This document shows positions 25,987 through 28,833 of a stretch of 28,833 nt of DNA, piece after piece; position 1 is the first letter of the stretch, and each line of letters begins with the position of its first letter. Both the position numbers and the translations under genes were made by a program. This DNA comes from a virus (Duplodnaviria; Caudoviricetes): the IMG/VR virus record IMGVR_UViG_3300049140_000061, positions 1-28,833 of that record, one strand, 5' to 3'. The notes below the pieces were generated by a model, which was not told where the DNA came from, ran no database searches, and saw only the letters and a program-made list of their open reading frames with translations.

Positions 25987-26322
25987 ATGGGACACCGCCC
26001 GTACCCGAACGCCGACCGGACTCGCCGCTACGTCGACGCCCGTCACGGCAGCAGCTGCCCGCGGTGCGGCCACTACGCATCGGTACACCCCTACAGGCAC
26101 GGCCAGTTCGTGTGCAGCCGCACCCGCGAGGGCCTGCCGTCCTGCCGTGAGTGCTCCGAGCGCTTCACGCGTCTGAGGAACGGCCCGCTGGGCGGCCTTG
26201 CGGTAGCCGCGCCTCGCGTCCACATCACCATGCCGAACATCGTGGCGTCCTCGCCGGCGTCCGGACTCGCGGCGCAGTCGGTGTTGGCCTCGTTGCGGCA
26301 GGCTTTCCCGCACCGCGTCTAG
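25987..26322 (+). CDS. Hypothetical Cys/His-rich protein
   Basis: SD GGAGG; CPRCGH...H...C...CREC. Confidence 0.6.
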   Translation: MGHRPYPNADRTRRYVDARHGSSCPRCGHYASVHPYRHGQFVCSRTREGLPSCRECSERFTRLRNGPLGGLAVAAPRVHITMPNIVASSPASGLAAQSVLASLRQAFPHRV

Positions 26323-26437
26323 CGACGGCAGGATCCCTCTGAGGGATGCGCATAACTAGGACTTAAGAGCGTCGGACCGCAGAAGCGCGTACAGCGAAGA
26401 TTCGAACGCGTCGAACGTCGTGGGGATCATTCCATGT

Positions 26438-26468
26438 GGCGTCGGATAACCTTCCGTTATCCGACGCC
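26438..26468. repeat. Perfect palindrome, candidate lox/mrs-like recombination site
   Basis: GGCGTCGGATAAC-CTTCC-GTTATCCGACGCC upstream of the recombinase operon. Confidence 0.65.
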
Positions 26469-26484
26469 GTACCGTGGGGACCCA

Positions 26485-27132
26485 ATGACCTTCGTCCGAC
26501 AAGTCCAGACCATCCGCCTACTCCTGGCCCTTTTCGCCGCCCTCGCCGCCGCAGGCCTCCTGCTCAGCCTTCTCAACCAGCAATGGCTCTCCCTGGCCGT
26601 CCAGCTGCCCGTGATGGTCGCCCTGGGCTGGCTCGTCCACGTTCAGTGGCGGCTGTTCACCCACCAACGCGACCTCGCCGACCTAGTTGAACAGCTCCGG
26701 AAGGTGAGCCGCGATGTTCCTGCCGGAATGGACCGCCTCTACACCAGCGTGCTGTCGACAACGGCCGTGCACTGCCACCCTCATCACGGCAAGACCTTCG
26801 ACCAGTTCTCCCGGATCGACACGGACGACATCGAAGAGATCGACCGGATGCAGGCCGGTGAGGTCGCCAGCCTTCCGGCAGTGACCTACCGCGTCCGCCG
26901 CTCCGCCCCGGTGATCTGGCGGCACGTGTGGGCAGACCGGGCCGTCAAGGACCGTCTCGGAGAGTTCACTCGTCTTCCCCAGCACGCCACCGGATACGGC
27001 GACGTGCTCAGGCTGCTCCTGCTCAACCACCGGACCGGTGTCCTCGTTCCCGACCGCGCAGAGCTGGCTGACCTGCTGCACGTGATCGTGAACGCCGACC
27101 ACGTTCGCGACATCCCCCGGAAGGCGAAGTGA
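26485..27132 (+). CDS. Membrane protein (2 N-terminal TM helices)
   Basis: Two hydrophobic stretches followed by a soluble domain; GTGA-coupled to the recombinase. Confidence 0.7.
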   Translation: MTFVRQVQTIRLLLALFAALAAAGLLLSLLNQQWLSLAVQLPVMVALGWLVHVQWRLFTHQRDLADLVEQLRKVSRDVPAGMDRLYTSVLSTTAVHCHPHHGKTFDQFSRIDTDDIEEIDRMQAGEVASLPAVTYRVRRSAPVIWRHVWADRAVKDRLGEFTRLPQHATGYGDVLRLLLLNHRTGVLVPDRAELADLLHVIVNADHVRDIPRKAK

Positions 27133-28190
27133 CCGAGCTCGCCCCCACCGCCAGGCCCGAGCGGGCCGCCCTCATCCAGAAGTGGGCCGAACGGCACGGC
27201 ATCGACGCCGCCCAACGCCTCGCCCAGGCCGAGCACCTGGCCGACGCCGTCGCCGAAGCCATCACCCCCGAGAACACCACTGACACCTACGCCAAGTCCT
27301 GGCGTGTCTGGGAACGGTTCTGCGAAGACCAGGAGTTCCCTCTCCTCGAAGGCAGCCGCGGCGCGCTCGTCGCCTACGCCACCTGGATGCTCCGTGAAGG
27401 CCGCAAAGACGGAAAGGGCTACGCCCCCGCGGCCGCCAAGACCCACCTCGCCGCAACCACCGTCGGCCTCCGTGACCGCAGCGTGGTCGTGAGCAAGGAC
27501 GCCGTCGCCGAGGCCCGCGCCGCCATCGAGGGCCTGACCGTCAAGCTCCTCAAGGAAGGCGAACGACGCGGCCGCGGCAAGGCGGCTGCCGCCGACATCG
27601 ACGGCCTCCACCTCATCGTCCGCGCCTGCCCACCCAGCCTCACCGGGCTCCGCGACAAGGCCCTGATCCTCACCGGCTTCAACTTCGCCTCCCGCGCCTC
27701 CGAACCCGCCGGGCTCCTCGCCGGCGATATCACCCTGCACCCGCGCGGCATGGTGGTCTCCGTCCTCACCGGCAAGACCCGCTACTCCGTGCGCGAGGCG
27801 AAGATTCCCTACGCGCAGGACCCTGAGGTCTGCCCCGTCCGCGCCTGGATCGCCTACCGCAAGCAGCTGGTCGCCGAGCACGGGCAACGGTGGGCCGACC
27901 CGTCCAAGCCAGCCTTCGTCGGCATCAACCGGTGGGGCCAAGTCACCGGCGGTATGGGACCGGACAGCATCACCCGCGCCATCAAACGGATCTCAGTGCG
28001 GGCCCAGGTGCCGATCGTCTGGACTGGGCATTCGCTGCGCGCCGGACTTGCGACCGAGGGACGCAAGAAGGGGAAGGACGCCGTGTCGATCTCCCGGCAG
28101 GGCGGCTGGGCGCCGAACAGCCGGGAGATGCTTGGCTACATGCGGGCTGCCGACGAGTGGGACGACAACGCGGCCGCCGGACTCACCTAA
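27129..28190 (+). CDS. Tyrosine recombinase, Cre-like
   Basis: N-terminal NT.DTY.KSW..WERFC SAM-like domain. Catalytic R (SRASE), K (GKT), HSLR, W (GGW) and Y (LGYMR). No arm-binding domain. Confidence 0.9.
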   Translation: MTELAPTARPERAALIQKWAERHGIDAAQRLAQAEHLADAVAEAITPENTTDTYAKSWRVWERFCEDQEFPLLEGSRGALVAYATWMLREGRKDGKGYAPAAAKTHLAATTVGLRDRSVVVSKDAVAEARAAIEGLTVKLLKEGERRGRGKAAAADIDGLHLIVRACPPSLTGLRDKALILTGFNFASRASEPAGLLAGDITLHPRGMVVSVLTGKTRYSVREAKIPYAQDPEVCPVRAWIAYRKQLVAEHGQRWADPSKPAFVGINRWGQVTGGMGPDSITRAIKRISVRAQVPIVWTGHSLRAGLATEGRKKGKDAVSISRQGGWAPNSREMLGYMRAADEWDDNAAAGLT

Positions 28191-28193
28191 CCG

Positions 28194-28508
28194 TCACGCC
28201 AGCGCGTCCCGCAGGTAGAGGGGGAGGGTCTGGCGGACGGCCGGGTCTGTGGTGGCGGCGTCGGGGTCGAGGTCTGCGGCGGTCACGGTGACGGCCGTCC
28301 CTCCGTCGGGCCGGGCGACCGCGCGTAGCGTTTCGCCGTAGCCGGGCGGGCTCGCCACCAGGTAGCCGGCCAGCACCGCACGGGCGATGTCCGCCGGGGC
28401 CGCGGTGGTGGTGGCGCGGCCGTACCCCTTGCAGATCCATACGCCGGAGGCGGGTTCGTGGAGCTGGATTTCCCAGGTGAGCCGGGATGGTGTGTCTTCG
28501 CAGGACAT
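28194..28508 (-). CDS. Hypothetical protein (104 aa)
   Basis: MSCEDTPSRLTWEIQLHEP..., convergent with the recombinase. CAGGAT lies 6 nt before the ATG. Confidence 0.55.
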   Translation of the reverse strand: MSCEDTPSRLTWEIQLHEPASGVWICKGYGRATTTAAPADIARAVLAGYLVASPPGYGETLRAVARPDGGTAVTVTAADLDPDAATTDPAVRQTLPLYLRDALA

Positions 28509-28572
28509 ACCAGGATCCTGCCCCGCTGAAGCGGGCTGCGGGACGGATACCGGTGGGTTACTCAGACGGCTC

Positions 28573-28833
28573 TCACGTCTGCACCGTAGCGGCGCGAGCG
28601 CTCTGAGCACGCGCAGCCGACCCGGTCCGGCTGCGGGGCTGCGAGGGCTGGGGCTGGTCGGGCTCGGGTGCCTTCCTCAGCTTGTCCATCACCCGGAACG
28701 CGCGCTCGCTCTTCTCCTCGTTCCCGAACAGGGCGGTCGCCAGGACGACTGCCCTGGCGGCTATGCCGAAGACAATGACGGCGACTACCAGCTGCGTGGC
28801 TACCGCTGGGGGGATCTGGGCGGGGGGCGTGGT
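28573..28833 (-). CDS. Small membrane protein (5'-truncated)
   Basis: Open from the window end: ...QLVVAVIVFGIAARAVVLATALFGNEEKSERAFRVMDKLRK... Confidence 0.5.
   Translation of the reverse strand, partial: TTPPAQIPPAVATQLVVAVIVFGIAARAVVLATALFGNEEKSERAFRVMDKLRKAPEPDQPQPSQPRSRTGSAARAQSARAATVQT

Noticed and set aside
26393-26420. TCGAAC pair considered as a LexA box
   Set aside because: The copies are direct repeats, not the TCGAAC-N4-GTTCGA palindrome.
28542-28568. Possible second lox-like site GACGGATACC-GGTGG-GTTACTC
   Set aside because: The arms are degenerate and the core is incompatible with 26438-26468, so a chance match is plausible.

Overview
This is a high-GC (roughly 70% by eye), Streptomyces-like temperate siphophage region. 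Bases 1-22716 form an almost continuous + strand late operon. In order: scaffold (5'-truncated), head decoration protein, lambda-E-like major capsid, adaptor, MuF-like protein, an inserted DEDDh/RNase AS-like nuclease plus small ORFs, stopper, HK97-gp10-like protein, tail terminator, tail tube, G/GT chaperones with a GGGAAAA -1 frameshift, a 1462-aa tape measure, Dit/Tal-like and fibre genes, a five-gene lysis cassette and a second, collagen-containing fibre. Bases 22.7-28.8 kb are an accessory and regulatory region of small genes on both strands. It holds two divergent promoter/operator switches, several predicted leaderless promoters and a perfect RecA-NDp (PafBC-type) DNA-damage promoter. 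It also holds a leftward operon whose last three genes share a repeated 'RATE..K-stop-SD' junction, and a Cre/MrpA-like tyrosine recombinase preceded by a perfect 13-bp-arm palindrome, which suggests a phage-plasmid. Terminase, portal and replication genes are not in the window. Family assignments come from motif recognition and synteny only; no searches were run.
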